The translations under genes and the position numbers were made by a program. A DNA stretch of 64,000 nt from Alphaproteobacteria bacterium. Its GTDB lineage: Bacteria > Pseudomonadota > Alphaproteobacteria > Bin95. The stretch spans positions 4,096,001-4,160,000 of the forward strand of contig CBDBGH010000003.1 of assembly GCA_965205265.1 (NCBI GenBank), in the 5' to 3' direction. Below, piece after piece: positions 51,266 through 62,972 of the stretch; the first letter of the stretch is position 1, and each line of letters starts with the position of its first letter. The notes below the pieces were generated by a model. That model searched no databases. It saw only the letters and a list, made by a program, of their open reading frames with translations, and was not told the origin of the DNA.

Positions 51266-52083
51266 ATGTCCTTCTCTCCCTTCCAGGGAGCGCCTGGAAG
51301 AAGTGAGATCAGCTTTTCCAAAACCGTCCGGGCCGCTTCGGCCGGCTGCCACTCGAAGCCCGGCCGAAGCAACGCGCTCATGTCTGCATTGAACTGCCCG
51401 TCGCCAATCTTGCCCGCGAGATTCCGCTCGAACATCGCGCGACTCACCGCACCTCCCTCCTGCGCCATATACTGCCGGAACACCGACGCGATCCGCCCGG
51501 CATTGCTCCGGCTGTCTCCGAGCCCCGTGGCGAGGTCGAACAAATCCCGGCCCTTGCGGCGCTGATAGAGCGCCCGCAGCTTCGTCGCCAGGAGTTCGTC
51601 GAGCGGGAAAGTCGTGATTTCGGCCGCTCCCGAGTACCACCGCGAGTCGACTGAGAAAAGTCGTCTCTCGAAGCCCAGCGCCGCAAAGTGCTCACGGGTG
51701 TTGATCTCGACCTTGAGACGCAGACGCATCGCGGGAGCGTCCTCGGAAAGAAACCGGTAGCCGAACGTCACCCGTCCTTGAGACTGCTTCCAATGCGCGT
51801 CGCCAAGCCAGGGATCGAGCGCATTTCGCAATCCGTCCATTAACGGACCTCCCGGGCCGGGCTCGGTCTGTACCAGATCGATATCCTCGGAATAGCGCGC
51901 CGGCGGCGTCAGGTAGAGTTTGTAGAGCGCCGTGCCTCCCCGGAACGCGAGCCCCTTGGCGAGAACCGGATCGGAGAAAATTGCGACCAGGGCGCGGCTG
52001 ATGACCAGATCCTGCTCGACCTGGAAATCCTCGCTCCACGGCGCCCGCTCCCGCCACCGGGTGATGTAGTCGCGCGGGATCAT
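51262..52083 (-). CDS. abiEii: AbiEii nucleotidyltransferase toxin (type IV TA)
   Basis: QVEQDL, FRGGTAL, RYSEDID, KVEIN, KLRAL..R.KGRDLFD. Confidence 0.9.
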   Translation of the reverse strand: MIPRDYITRWRERAPWSEDFQVEQDLVISRALVAIFSDPVLAKGLAFRGGTALYKLYLTPPARYSEDIDLVQTEPGPGGPLMDGLRNALDPWLGDAHWKQSQGRVTFGYRFLSEDAPAMRLRLKVEINTREHFAALGFERRLFSVDSRWYSGAAEITTFPLDELLATKLRALYQRRKGRDLFDLATGLGDSRSNAGRIASVFRQYMAQEGGAVSRAMFERNLAGKIGDGQFNADMSALLRPGFEWQPAEAARTVLEKLISLLPGAPWKGEKDI

Positions 52084-52883
52084 GCATCCGTCTCGACGTT
52101 TGCGTTCACGAACAGCCGCCAGTCTCCCGACCGCCGCGTACAGTCGGCGCTCGCGCCGGGAAGAAGCTTCGTGAAGTTTCGCGCATGCTGTCGCACATGC
52201 GCTTTGAGCGGCACGGCCTTGTCCCCGGCCCCGACATGTTCGAGGAGATAACCCAGACGCTGCGCCCAGAGAATCGACGCGGACTTCGAAGCCTCGACAA
52301 GACGCTCCGGGTCCATGTCCCCGCCGAGTTCGGAAAGCACGCCCGCCACGCGGTCCAGTCCGCCGGCGCGGTGCATGTATCCGACGAGATCGACCGCCGT
52401 TGCTTCCACGGTCGAGACCACGACTGTGCCGCGTGGATTGTTGAAACTCTCGACCGGCACGGCAGCGAGGTTGCGGCGCGCAGTGAAGGCGACCCTGACA
52501 GTGCCGCACAGGATTGCCGGCCGGCTCTTCTCAATGACGACCTGGAACTCTTGCGGACGATGATGGGCCGCGCCGTGATACTGCGCGGCCGAGAGGAGAC
52601 CGGCATAGTAGCGGATATTCCGGTGCTCCATCAGCGCCGGAACGAACTGGTCCGCCGGCAGGCAGCCGAGCCGCCTGTATTCAGGCGGCACGATTACGTA
52701 GAAGCCGCGCGCAGGACTTGCGATCTCTCCCCTCGCCGCGAGGCGGCTCAGCGCCTGGCGAGCCGCCGCCTCCGAGACCCCGAGGGCCGAGCGAAGCTCG
52801 GACGAGGTAAAGTGGTGGCGGCCGCCGGCGGCCAGATTGGCGACGACATTGCGAGCGCGCGGTCGGGCGGATACATACATCAC
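52080..52883 (-). CDS. abiEi: AbiEi antitoxin / transcriptional regulator
   Basis: N-terminal wHTH, RGFYVIVPPEY, YYAGLLSAA..HGA, QRLGYLLE; overlaps the abiEii start. Confidence 0.88.
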   Translation of the reverse strand: MMYVSARPRARNVVANLAAGGRHHFTSSELRSALGVSEAAARQALSRLAARGEIASPARGFYVIVPPEYRRLGCLPADQFVPALMEHRNIRYYAGLLSAAQYHGAAHHRPQEFQVVIEKSRPAILCGTVRVAFTARRNLAAVPVESFNNPRGTVVVSTVEATAVDLVGYMHRAGGLDRVAGVLSELGGDMDPERLVEASKSASILWAQRLGYLLEHVGAGDKAVPLKAHVRQHARNFTKLLPGASADCTRRSGDWRLFVNANVETDA

Positions 52884-53087
52884 GCCGATAAAGTAGCATT
52901 ATTTGTCACAATATGAAAGTGTAATCGTAGTCCATGCGACCGGCGTCCTGGTCGATGCCCTTGCTGTGCCACCTGAGGCCGCGCCAACGACCGTCGCTTC
53001 CGGCGCGTTCTCCGTGGGCGGGAACCGGCGTATCCTTGCCTTGATCGAGGAAGAGTTCGGGCCGCGCGCCGGATCGGAGGATTGCAG

Positions 53088-53930
53088 ATGAGCGGGGAGC
53101 TTAAGGGCAGGGTTGCCGTCGTTACGGGAGCGGCCGGGGGGATCGGGCGGGAATTCGTGTCCGGCCTGCTGGGGGCGGGGGCGAAGGTGGCCGCGCTCGA
53201 TATCGACGGGGAACGGCTCGGCGCGCTTGAGGCGGACGCCTCCGGCGGCCGGCTGATGACCGCGCGCGTGGACATATCGAGCTACGCCGAATGCGAGGCG
53301 GCGGTCGGGCAGGTGCGGGAGCGGCTCGGCCCGCCGGACATCCTCGTGAACAACGGCGCGGTCGGCATGGGCGTCATCCGGGCGGACCACATGACGAACC
53401 TGGTCGAAATCCACGAAATAGACCCGGAGGTCTGGGACCGGTTCGTCGCGGTCAACCTCTCCGGGGCGTGGTACATGACGCGCGCTTCGGTCGGGGGCAT
53501 GCTCGACCGGGGCTGGGGCCGCATCGTCAATGTCACCACCAGTTTCTTCACCATGCTGCGCGGGCGATTCCACCCCTACGGCCCCGTCAAGTCCGGGCTG
53601 GAAGCCATGTCCGCCGGCCATGCCGCGGAATTCGCGGACCGGGGCGTGACGGTGAATGTCGTCGTGCCGGGCGGCCCGACGGACACGCCGATGGTGCCAG
53701 AGGAATCCGGCCTCGACCGCGCGGCGCTGATCCCGCCCCGGGCGATGGTCCCGCCGGTGCTGTGGCTCTGCTCGCGCGAGGGCGGCGCCTGGACCGGGCA
53801 CCGCTATGTCGCGGGCGAGTGGGACGCCGTGCTCGATCCGGCCGCCGCGGCGGCAGGCTGCCGCGCGCCCATCGCCTGGCCGGACCTCGCGCAGAGCCCG
53901 GTATGGCCCGGAGGCAGGCCGCCGGTTTGA
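53088..53930 (+). CDS. Short-chain dehydrogenase/reductase
   Basis: VTGAAGGIG, LVNNG, YGPVK (YxxxK), PGGPTDT. Confidence 0.9.
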   Translation: MSGELKGRVAVVTGAAGGIGREFVSGLLGAGAKVAALDIDGERLGALEADASGGRLMTARVDISSYAECEAAVGQVRERLGPPDILVNNGAVGMGVIRADHMTNLVEIHEIDPEVWDRFVAVNLSGAWYMTRASVGGMLDRGWGRIVNVTTSFFTMLRGRFHPYGPVKSGLEAMSAGHAAEFADRGVTVNVVVPGGPTDTPMVPEESGLDRAALIPPRAMVPPVLWLCSREGGAWTGHRYVAGEWDAVLDPAAAAAGCRAPIAWPDLAQSPVWPGGRPPV

Positions 53931-53954
53931 CAACGGCCCCGGCGGCGCTATAAC
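53927..53954 (+). promoter_or_regulatory. Sigma70-type promoter of rpsD
   Basis: TTGACA (53927-32), 16-nt spacer, TATAAC (53949-54), about 100 bp upstream of rpsD. Confidence 0.65.
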
Positions 53955-54055
53955 CCGGCCATTCCCGAGAACGCGGGCGGCTCCGCCCCGTCCCGGCGCT
54001 TGCGCCCGGACCTATCGGGACAACAACAAACGCGCAAAGCGGACAACGAGAGACC

Positions 54056-54670
54056 ATGGCGAAACGCGAAAACGCGAAACACAAGATCGACCGGCGCCTC
54101 GGCGTCAATCTCTGGGGACGGCCCAAGAGTCCCTACAACCGCCGGGAATACGGGCCGGGCCAGCACGGCCAGCGCCGGCGCAAGCCCACCGATTTCGGCC
54201 TCCAGCTGCGCGCCAAGCAGCAGCTCAAGGGGCATTACGGCGACATTTCCGAAAAGCAGTTCCGCCGCCTCTACCACGAGGCCGTGCGCCGGCGGGGCGA
54301 CACGGGCGAAAACCTGATCGAGCTGCTGGAGCGCCGGCTGGACGCCGTGGTCTATCGCATGAAGTTCGTGCCGACGATCTTCGCCGCGCGCCAGTTCGTG
54401 AACCACGGCCATGTCCGGGTGAACGGGCGGCGGGTCAACATCCCCTCCTACCGGGTGCGCGACGGCGACACGATCGAGGTGAAGCAGAAGTCCCGCACCA
54501 TGGCGCTGGTGCTGGAGGCCATCGAGTCGCCGGAACGCGACGTGCCGGACTATCTCTCCGTCGATTTCAACGAGCTGAAGGGCTCCTTCCAGCGCGGCCC
54601 CGGCCTGGCCGATGTGCCCTTTGCGGTGCAGATGGAGCCGCATCTGGTCGTGGAGTTCTACTCCCGCTAG
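54056..54670 (+). CDS. rpsD: 30S ribosomal protein S4
   Basis: [44 protein letters not shown]. Confidence 0.97.
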   Translation: MAKRENAKHKIDRRLGVNLWGRPKSPYNRREYGPGQHGQRRRKPTDFGLQLRAKQQLKGHYGDISEKQFRRLYHEAVRRRGDTGENLIELLERRLDAVVYRMKFVPTIFAARQFVNHGHVRVNGRRVNIPSYRVRDGDTIEVKQKSRTMALVLEAIESPERDVPDYLSVDFNELKGSFQRGPGLADVPFAVQMEPHLVVEFYSR

Positions 54671-54672
54671 CG

Positions 54673-55614
54673 ATGCAACCCCGGGAGCCTTCGCGGCCGC
54701 CGGGCCGGCTCCCGGATCGACGCACGATTCTCGCCCGCATGGACGGCGGCGAACGGCTGGGGCTCCTGCAACGGTCCGACCGCAAGGGACTCGCCCGTCT
54801 GGCGGGCCATCTGGCGGCTCTCGGGCTCACCGGAGCGCCGATTGCGCTGGAAGCGCCCGGCTGGCCGGTCCTGCTGCTGCCGCACGGCATCCTGCTGGCC
54901 TTCCTGTTCTGCCTGCTGCACGAGGCCGTGCACAGGACGCCGTTCCACAGCGGCTGGCTCAACACCGCCGCCGCCTGCGGAGTCGGGTTCGTCCTGTTCC
55001 TGCCGCCGGCCTGGTTCCGCCATTTCCACCTGGCGCATCACCGCCACACCCACGACCCGGAGCGCGACCCGGAACTGGCGCGGCCCCTGTCCCGGTCGAA
55101 GCGGGGCCTCGCCTGGCATGTCGCGGGCGGCGCTTACTGGACCCGGCAGGCGCGGATGCTGCTCGTCAATGCGGCGGGCCGGAACCGCGACGCTTTCGTG
55201 CCGGCTTCGGCGCGCAGTGCGGTGGCGCGCGAAGCCCGGTGGTTCCTCCTCCTCTATGCGGGCGCAGCGGCGGCCTCCGTCTATTTCGGCGCGACGGCCC
55301 TGCTGTGGCTATGGCTGCTGCCCGTCATGCTGGGACAGCCCTTCCTGCGCCTCTACCTGCTCGCCGAGCATACCGGCTGCCCGCATGTGCCCGACATGCT
55401 GCGCAACACGCGCACGACCTTCACCAATCCGCTGGTGCGCTTCTTCGCGTGGAACATGCCCTACCATGTGGAGCACCATGTCCTGCCCACGGTGCCGTTC
55501 CACAAGCTGCCGGCGTTCCACAGGATCCTGCGCGGCGACCTGACGGTCACCGCGAACGGCTACCCGGCCGCGGCGCGCGCCGCGGTCTCCGCCGTTCTGG
55601 AGGGGAGGGCTTAG
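54673..55614 (+). CDS. Fatty acid desaturase-like membrane di-iron enzyme (MocD-like)
   Basis: His boxes HEAVH, HLAHH, EH, HVEHH; start 54673 or 54739. Confidence 0.85.
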   Translation: MQPREPSRPPGRLPDRRTILARMDGGERLGLLQRSDRKGLARLAGHLAALGLTGAPIALEAPGWPVLLLPHGILLAFLFCLLHEAVHRTPFHSGWLNTAAACGVGFVLFLPPAWFRHFHLAHHRHTHDPERDPELARPLSRSKRGLAWHVAGGAYWTRQARMLLVNAAGRNRDAFVPASARSAVAREARWFLLLYAGAAAASVYFGATALLWLWLLPVMLGQPFLRLYLLAEHTGCPHVPDMLRNTRTTFTNPLVRFFAWNMPYHVEHHVLPTVPFHKLPAFHRILRGDLTVTANGYPAAARAAVSAVLEGRA

Positions 55615-55622
55615 CCCCGGCG

Positions 55623-55961
55623 TCAGGCCGTCATGCCGGGCGTTTCGACGCCGTGTTCGTTCAGGAACCCCTGCAGTTCGCCCGCATCCCACATTTCGCG
55701 CACGATATCGCAGCCGCCGACGAACTCGCCCTTCACATAGAGCTGCGGGATGGTCGGCCAGCCGGTGAACTCCTTGATGCCCTGGCGGACTTCCATGTCC
55801 TCCAGCACGTTCACCGAATGGTATTTCACGCCCATATGGTTCAGCACGCCGGCCACCGCCGAGGAGAAGCCGCATTGCGGGAAGACGGGCGTGCCCTTCA
55901 TGAACAGCACGACATCGTTCCCGCTCACGGTTTCCTGGATGCTGGTCATCGCGTCGCTCAT
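55623..55961 (-). CDS. grxD: Monothiol glutaredoxin Grx4
   Basis: [24 protein letters not shown]. Confidence 0.95.
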   Translation of the reverse strand: MSDAMTSIQETVSGNDVVLFMKGTPVFPQCGFSSAVAGVLNHMGVKYHSVNVLEDMEVRQGIKEFTGWPTIPQLYVKGEFVGGCDIVREMWDAGELQGFLNEHGVETPGMTA

Positions 55962-55978
55962 GCGCCTTCTCCCGGTTT

Positions 55979-56218
55979 TCAAGCGGTTTCGGGGGCGGCG
56001 GTGCGCAGCGCGAGCGCGTGAAGTTCGCCCCCCATACGGCCCTGCAGGGCCCTGTAAACGATCTGGTGCTGCTGCACGCGCGACTTGCCGCGGAAGGCCT
56101 CCGAGACGACGCGGGCGGCATAGTGGTCGCCGTCGCCAGCGAGGTCCTCGATCGCGACCTCCGCATCGGGCAGCGCCTCGCGGATCAGGCGCTCGATTTC
56201 TTCCGCCTGCATGGGCAT
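55979..56218 (-). CDS. bolA: BolA family protein
   Basis: [24 protein letters not shown]; adjacent to grxD. Confidence 0.92.
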   Translation of the reverse strand: MPMQAEEIERLIREALPDAEVAIEDLAGDGDHYAARVVSEAFRGKSRVQQHQIVYRALQGRMGGELHALALRTAAPETA

Positions 56219-56231
56219 TCGTCGCGTTCCC

Positions 56232-58400
56232 TCAGCCGCCGGCGATCCAGCCGGGCATCCACCCTTCATGCAGATCGCGCAGTTCGTCGAGCGATATGGA
56301 GGAGTGCCCCTCGACTGTCAATGCGCTGCCCCCCGTCCCGCCGATCGCGAGCGCCGGAACGCCCGCTGCGGCCGCGCGTTCCAGCACCTCTTCCGGGTCC
56401 CGGACGGCCAGCAGGTAGCGCGCCTGGTCCTCCCCGAACAGGCCTGCAAGCGCGTCGTCGAGCGGCGGGCGCAGCGCGGCCCCGACGCCGCCGGCCAGCG
56501 CCATTTCGGCCGCGGCGACCAGCAGCCCGCCGTCGGAGAGGTCGTGGCAGGCGGCGACCCGTCTGGCGCGGATTTCAGCGCGCACGAAGTCCCCGTTGCG
56601 CCGCTCGGCGGCGAGATCGACCGGCGGCGGCGGGCCCTCCTCGCGCCCCTCGACCGCCTCCAGCCAGAGCGAGCGGCCGAGATGGCCCTTCGTCTCGCCG
56701 ACCAGCACAAGCGCGAGGCCCGGCCCCGGCAGCGCCATGCCGGTCCGGCGGGAGAGGTCTTCCAGCAGCCCGACGGCGCCCACCACCGGCGTCGGCAGCA
56801 CGGCGCGGCCGTTGGTCTCGTTGTAGAGCGAGACATTGCCGGAGACGACCGGGATACCGAGCGCGCGGCAGGCCTCGCCCATGCCCTGCACGCAGCCCAC
56901 GAACTGCCCCATGACATCGGCGCGCTCCGGGTCCCCGAAATTCAGGTTGTCGGTAATCGCGAGCGGTTCGGCGCCGACCGCGGTCAGGTTGCGCCACGCC
57001 TCGGCGACCGCCTGCCGCCCGCCTTCCACCGGGTCGGCCAGGCAATAGCGCGGCGTGCAGTCGCTGGTGAGCGCGAGTCCGCGCCCCGTGCCGTGGATGC
57101 GGACCACCGCCGCATCGCCGCCGGGTCCGCCGACCGTGTCGGCCATCACCGTGTGGTCGTACTGCTCCCAGATCCAGCGCCGGGAGGCGCCCGCCGGACC
57201 GCCGAGGACGGTCCTGAGCGCCGCCATCGGATCGGCATTGCGGTGGGGCACCGGAACCGCCGGCGCGGGCGGCGTCGGCGTCCACGGCCGGTCGTATTCC
57301 GGCGCGCCGTCCGCCAGCGGCCGGATCGGCAGGTCGGCGGCGGGCCGCCCGTGCTGCGAGAGCACCATGCGGCCCGTGCCGGTCAGCCGGCCGATGACGG
57401 CGAATTCCAGCCCCCATTTCCGGAACACCGCTTCCGCCGTCTCCTCGCCGCCCGGACGGAGCACCATCAGCATCCGCTCCTGGCTCTCCGAGAGCATGAT
57501 CTCATAGGCCGACATGCCCTCCTCGCGCTGCGGCACCCGGTCGAGGTCGAGCGCCACCCCGAGGCCGCCCTTGGACGCCATCTCGAAGGCCGAGGAGGTG
57601 AGCCCGGCCGCGCCCATGTCCTGGATCGCGACAATGGCGTCCGTCGCCATGAGCTCGAGGCAGGCCTCGATCAGCAGCTTGCCGGTGAACGGGTCGCCCA
57701 CCTGCACGGTCGGGCGCTGCTGCTCGGCCTCGTCGTCGAAGGCGGCCGACGCCATGGTGGCCCCGTGGATGCCGTCGCGCCCGGTCCGCGAGCCGACATA
57801 GACGACGGCATTGCCGACGCCCGCGGCCGCCGAGCGGAACAGCCGGTCCGCAGGCGCAATGCCGACCGCCATGGCGTTGACCAGGATGTTGCCGTTATAG
57901 GCGGGGTGGAACGAGCATTCGCCGCCGACGGTCGGCACGCCGACGCAGTTGCCGTAGCCGCCGATCCCCGCGACCACCCCGGCCGCGAGCCGCCGCGTGG
58001 CCTCGTGGTCCGCCGCGCCGAAGCGCAGCGCATTCAGGATCGCGACCGGCCGCGCGCCCATGGTGAACACGTCGCGCAATATGCCGCCGACGCCCGTCGC
58101 CGCGCCCTGGTAGGGCTCGATGAAGGAGGGGTGGTTGTGGCTCTCCATCTTGAACACCGCTGCCAGCCCGCCGCCGATATCGACGGCGCCGGCGTTTTCC
58201 CCCGGTCCCTGGAGCACAAGAGGCCCTTCGGTCGGCAGCGTCCTCAGCCACTTCTTCGAGGACTTGTAGGAGCAGTGCTCGCTCCACATCGCGGCGAAAA
58301 TGCCAAGCTCCACCTCGTTGGGCCGGCGGCCGAGAATTTCCAGCACGCGCGCATATTCGTCCGGCGCGAGGCCGCCGTAATCTTCCCCGGGCGCGCTCAT
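56232..58400 (-). CDS. purL: Phosphoribosylformylglycinamidine synthase subunit PurL
   Basis: [34 protein letters not shown]. Confidence 0.97.
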   Translation of the reverse strand: MSAPGEDYGGLAPDEYARVLEILGRRPNEVELGIFAAMWSEHCSYKSSKKWLRTLPTEGPLVLQGPGENAGAVDIGGGLAAVFKMESHNHPSFIEPYQGAATGVGGILRDVFTMGARPVAILNALRFGAADHEATRRLAAGVVAGIGGYGNCVGVPTVGGECSFHPAYNGNILVNAMAVGIAPADRLFRSAAAGVGNAVVYVGSRTGRDGIHGATMASAAFDDEAEQQRPTVQVGDPFTGKLLIEACLELMATDAIVAIQDMGAAGLTSSAFEMASKGGLGVALDLDRVPQREEGMSAYEIMLSESQERMLMVLRPGGEETAEAVFRKWGLEFAVIGRLTGTGRMVLSQHGRPAADLPIRPLADGAPEYDRPWTPTPPAPAVPVPHRNADPMAALRTVLGGPAGASRRWIWEQYDHTVMADTVGGPGGDAAVVRIHGTGRGLALTSDCTPRYCLADPVEGGRQAVAEAWRNLTAVGAEPLAITDNLNFGDPERADVMGQFVGCVQGMGEACRALGIPVVSGNVSLYNETNGRAVLPTPVVGAVGLLEDLSRRTGMALPGPGLALVLVGETKGHLGRSLWLEAVEGREEGPPPPVDLAAERRNGDFVRAEIRARRVAACHDLSDGGLLVAAAEMALAGGVGAALRPPLDDALAGLFGEDQARYLLAVRDPEEVLERAAAAGVPALAIGGTGGSALTVEGHSSISLDELRDLHEGWMPGWIAGG

Positions 58401-59050
58401 GCGGCGAGCGATTCGAACAGGACGCGGCCGTCCGCGCCGCCGAGCAGCGCCTCGGCGGCACGCTCCGGATGCGGCATTATGCCGAGCACATTGCGGTCTT
58501 CGTTCAGGATGCCGGCAATGTCCCGGGCGGAGCCGTTGGGGTTGTCGAGATAGCGGAAGGCGATGCGGTCCTCGCCGGCGAGGCGCTCCAGCGTCCCGGC
58601 GTCGGCGAAATAATTGCCGTCATGATGCGCGACCGGCATTCTGAGCGCGTCGCCCGGCCTGTAGCCGCGGGTGAACGCGCTGTCCGCTGTCTCCACCCGG
58701 AGCCTCACGGGCCGGCAGACGAAGCGGAGCCCCGCATTGCGCAGGAGCGCACCCGGCAAGAGGCCGCATTCGGTCAGCACCTGGAAGCCGTTGCAGATGC
58801 CGAGCACCCGCACCCCCCGTTTCGCGGCCCGGATGACGGCCTGCAGGACGGGCGCGCGCGCGGCCATGGCGCCCGGCCGAAGGTAGTCGCCGTAGGAAAA
58901 GCCCCCCGGCAGCACCACGAGGTCCGCCGGCGGCAGTTCCGGGTCGCCGTGCCAGACCATGGCGACCGGGCGGCCGGTCGCCGCCTCGAGCGCCACCTTC
59001 GCGTCGCGGTCGCAGTTCGACCCCGGAAAGACGACGACAACCGCCTTCAT
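58397..59050 (-). CDS. purQ: FGAM synthase glutaminase subunit PurQ
   Basis: [30 protein letters not shown]. Confidence 0.97.
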   Translation of the reverse strand: MKAVVVVFPGSNCDRDAKVALEAATGRPVAMVWHGDPELPPADLVVLPGGFSYGDYLRPGAMAARAPVLQAVIRAAKRGVRVLGICNGFQVLTECGLLPGALLRNAGLRFVCRPVRLRVETADSAFTRGYRPGDALRMPVAHHDGNYFADAGTLERLAGEDRIAFRYLDNPNGSARDIAGILNEDRNVLGIMPHPERAAEALLGGADGRVLFESLAA

Positions 59051-59286
59051 GCGATCTCGATCGTGTAGTCCTCGATGACCGGGTTGGCGAGCAGGCGCTC
59101 GCACATGGCCGCAAGCGCGGCCTCCGCGGCGGCCGGGTCGGATTCCGCGAGCTCCAGCTCGATCACCTTGCCCTGGCGGGCCGCCGCCACGCCCTCGAAG
59201 CCGAGCCCCGCCAGCGCCTGCGCGACCGCCTTGCCCTGCGGGTCGAGCACGCCGGCGCGGGGCACGACCAGCACCCGCGCCTTCAT
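59047..59286 (-). CDS. purS: FGAM synthase subunit PurS
   Basis: [27 protein letters not shown]. Confidence 0.95.
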   Translation of the reverse strand: MKARVLVVPRAGVLDPQGKAVAQALAGLGFEGVAAARQGKVIELELAESDPAAAEAALAAMCERLLANPVIEDYTIEIA

Positions 59287-60041
59287 GCGCTCGCCTTCGG
59301 CAGGGGCTCGACGTTGCTTTCCTGGAGGATGCCGAGACGCCGGGCCACCTCCCGGTAGGCCTCCGCGACATCGCCCATGTCGCGCCGGAACCGGTCCTTG
59401 TCCAGCACCTCGTTGGTCTGCAGGTCCCAGAGGCGGCAGCTGTCGGGGCTGATTTCGTCGGCCAGCACGATCCGCACGTCCTCATGGGTGTAGAGGCGCC
59501 CGAATTCCACCTTGAAGTCGATCAGGCGAAGGCCCGCGCCGAGGAACAGCCCGCTCAGATAGTCGTTCACCCTGAGCGCCAGGTTGAAGATGTCGTCGAG
59601 GTCCTGCGGCGAGGCCCAGCCGAAGGCGGTGATGTGCTCTTCGGTCACCATCGGGTCGTCGAGCTCGTCGTTCTTGTAATAGTACTCGACGATGGACCGG
59701 GGCAGCGGCGTGCCTTCCTCGATCTTGAAGCGCGACGCCAGCGACCCGGCGGCGATGTTCCGCACCACCACCTCGACCGGAATGATCTCGACCTCGCGGA
59801 TCAGCTGCTCGCGCATGTTCAGCCGGCGCACGAAATGGGTCGGAATGCCCATCTCCTGCAGCCGGACCATCAGATATTCGGAAATCCGGTTGTTCAGCAC
59901 CCCCTTGCCGGAGATCGTGGCTTTCTTGCGGTTGTTGAAGGCGGTTGCGTCGTCCTTGAAATACTGGACGAGCGTTCCGGGCTCGGGGCCTTCGTAGAGA
60001 ACCTTGGCCTTGCCCTCGTAGATGCGTTTGCGTCTTGCCAT
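59283..60041 (-). CDS. purC: SAICAR synthetase
   Basis: [34 protein letters not shown]. Confidence 0.97.
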   Translation of the reverse strand: MARRKRIYEGKAKVLYEGPEPGTLVQYFKDDATAFNNRKKATISGKGVLNNRISEYLMVRLQEMGIPTHFVRRLNMREQLIREVEIIPVEVVVRNIAAGSLASRFKIEEGTPLPRSIVEYYYKNDELDDPMVTEEHITAFGWASPQDLDDIFNLALRVNDYLSGLFLGAGLRLIDFKVEFGRLYTHEDVRIVLADEISPDSCRLWDLQTNEVLDKDRFRRDMGDVAEAYREVARRLGILQESNVEPLPKASA

Positions 60042-60132
60042 GGGTGTCCACCGAATGCCGCCCGACGGAGGACCGGCAAAGCGCCGGACCCGCGGGCCGC
60101 CGAATCCGATATAGCAATCCCGGCGCTTCTTC

Positions 60133-60882
60133 TCAATGAAGCTCTGTGTAACCGCCGGTTTCGGGCCATGAGCGGGCGAAACGCCAGACGGGCCGGGCGC
60201 CGGCGCCGGCCGGCAGGGCGAGCAGGGCGCGCGACACGGTGGCGAAGCCCCAGCCGGTGCGCACATGCATGGCGCCGTTGGGGTCGGACACGCCGGGGGC
60301 GGTCTCCTCCGACAGGAGCAGGCGTTCCCACTCGGCCCAGCCGTCCGGCGCATCCGGGTCCGGAGGCCGGGCGGCCTCGAACCGGGGCAGGTAACGGTCG
60401 ATGCGCTCCGACGCCGCGCGGTCGTTCAGGTCCGAGGCGGTCAGCATGGAAAGGCCGGGCGCAAGCGCATGCGCCGATACGCCGCGCCCGCCCGCATGGC
60501 GGATCCAGAAAGCGTCCTCGCGGTCCGCCACCAGCATGTTGAAGCTGCGATAGGCGCGCCCGTCCACCTCCGTCATGGCGGCCGCTGCGTCTTCCGCCGT
60601 GTCGCGGTCGAGCGCCTCCAGCACCAGCGCGCCGCGCGTGCGCTTGCCTGCTTCGGGCCCGAGCGAGCCGCGCCGGTTGAGGATGGCCGCCGCGACGCCC
60701 GCTTCGTTCAGCCCCATCCAGCTTCCGCCCGCCTCCTCGTCGAGGCCGGCGAGCACGCCCGGCCGGTCCGGCCAGTGGCGGGCCGGCGGCCGCCAGGGGC
60801 GGTCCACGGCTTCGTCGCGATTGGCGGCGATGATCGCGGGCCAGGCATGGCCGGGCCTGCGGAGCAGGACGACAGTGCACAT
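60133..60882 (-). CDS. NRDE/TANGO2 family protein
   Basis: MCT start, AANRDE, GGSWMG, TRGALV, FNM. Confidence 0.88.
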   Translation of the reverse strand: MCTVVLLRRPGHAWPAIIAANRDEAVDRPWRPPARHWPDRPGVLAGLDEEAGGSWMGLNEAGVAAAILNRRGSLGPEAGKRTRGALVLEALDRDTAEDAAAAMTEVDGRAYRSFNMLVADREDAFWIRHAGGRGVSAHALAPGLSMLTASDLNDRAASERIDRYLPRFEAARPPDPDAPDGWAEWERLLLSEETAPGVSDPNGAMHVRTGWGFATVSRALLALPAGAGARPVWRFARSWPETGGYTELH

Positions 60883-60956
60883 GGAGGCTATGCAAATCCG
60901 GAGCGGGACCGGATATATATCGCCCGCAACCCGCCCGACCAAGCTAGCTCAAGGGG

Positions 60957-61286
60957 ATGACCCGCATGGCGACCTTCGCAGACCGCGAAAAGCAGTTCGA
61001 GACCAAATACAGCCACGACGAGGAGCTGCGCTTCAAGGTGCAGGCGCGGCGCAACCGGCTGTTCGGCGAGTGGGCGGGCGCGCAATGGGGGCTCGACGGC
61101 GAGGACCTGCAGGCCTACGCCCGCAGTGTGGTCCAGTCGGATTTCGACCGTCCGGGCGACGAGGATGTGCTGGACAAGGTGCTGGCCGACCTCAAGGCCC
61201 AGGGCATAGAGACCGACGCCCGCCGGCTGCGCAACCGCATGGAGGAGCTGCTCCAGGAGGCCAAGACGCAGATCATGGCGGAGTAG
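60957..61286 (+). CDS. DUF1476 / F1Fo ATPase inhibitor zeta subunit
   Basis: TFADREKQFETKYSHDEELRFK..ARRN, PGDEDV. Confidence 0.88.
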   Translation: MTRMATFADREKQFETKYSHDEELRFKVQARRNRLFGEWAGAQWGLDGEDLQAYARSVVQSDFDRPGDEDVLDKVLADLKAQGIETDARRLRNRMEELLQEAKTQIMAE

Positions 61287-61321
61287 CGCCGCCGGCTCCT
61301 TCCTCTTCTCCCTCGCCTGCT

Positions 61322-62754
<1,433 letters not shown>

Positions 62755-62972
62755 CCGACAACACAGTCGCTCCCCCGCAAGCGGGAGAGGGGAAGAAAGG
62801 AGCAGGGCAGACACGATCCTATGCCCGAAACAGCCACAGCATATGCGCCCACGACATGCAGAACATGACATCCCATGACACATCGCACGGGGGTCCCGCC
62901 GGCCCGCATGACGAAACATGACATCCCATGACATGCCGCGCCCGTCCCCCGCCGCCGCATGCCGGGCGGGCG

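Noticed and set aside
53806-54672. N-terminal extension of the desaturase ORF
   Set aside because: It overlaps rpsD in another frame; the real start lies after the rpsD stop.
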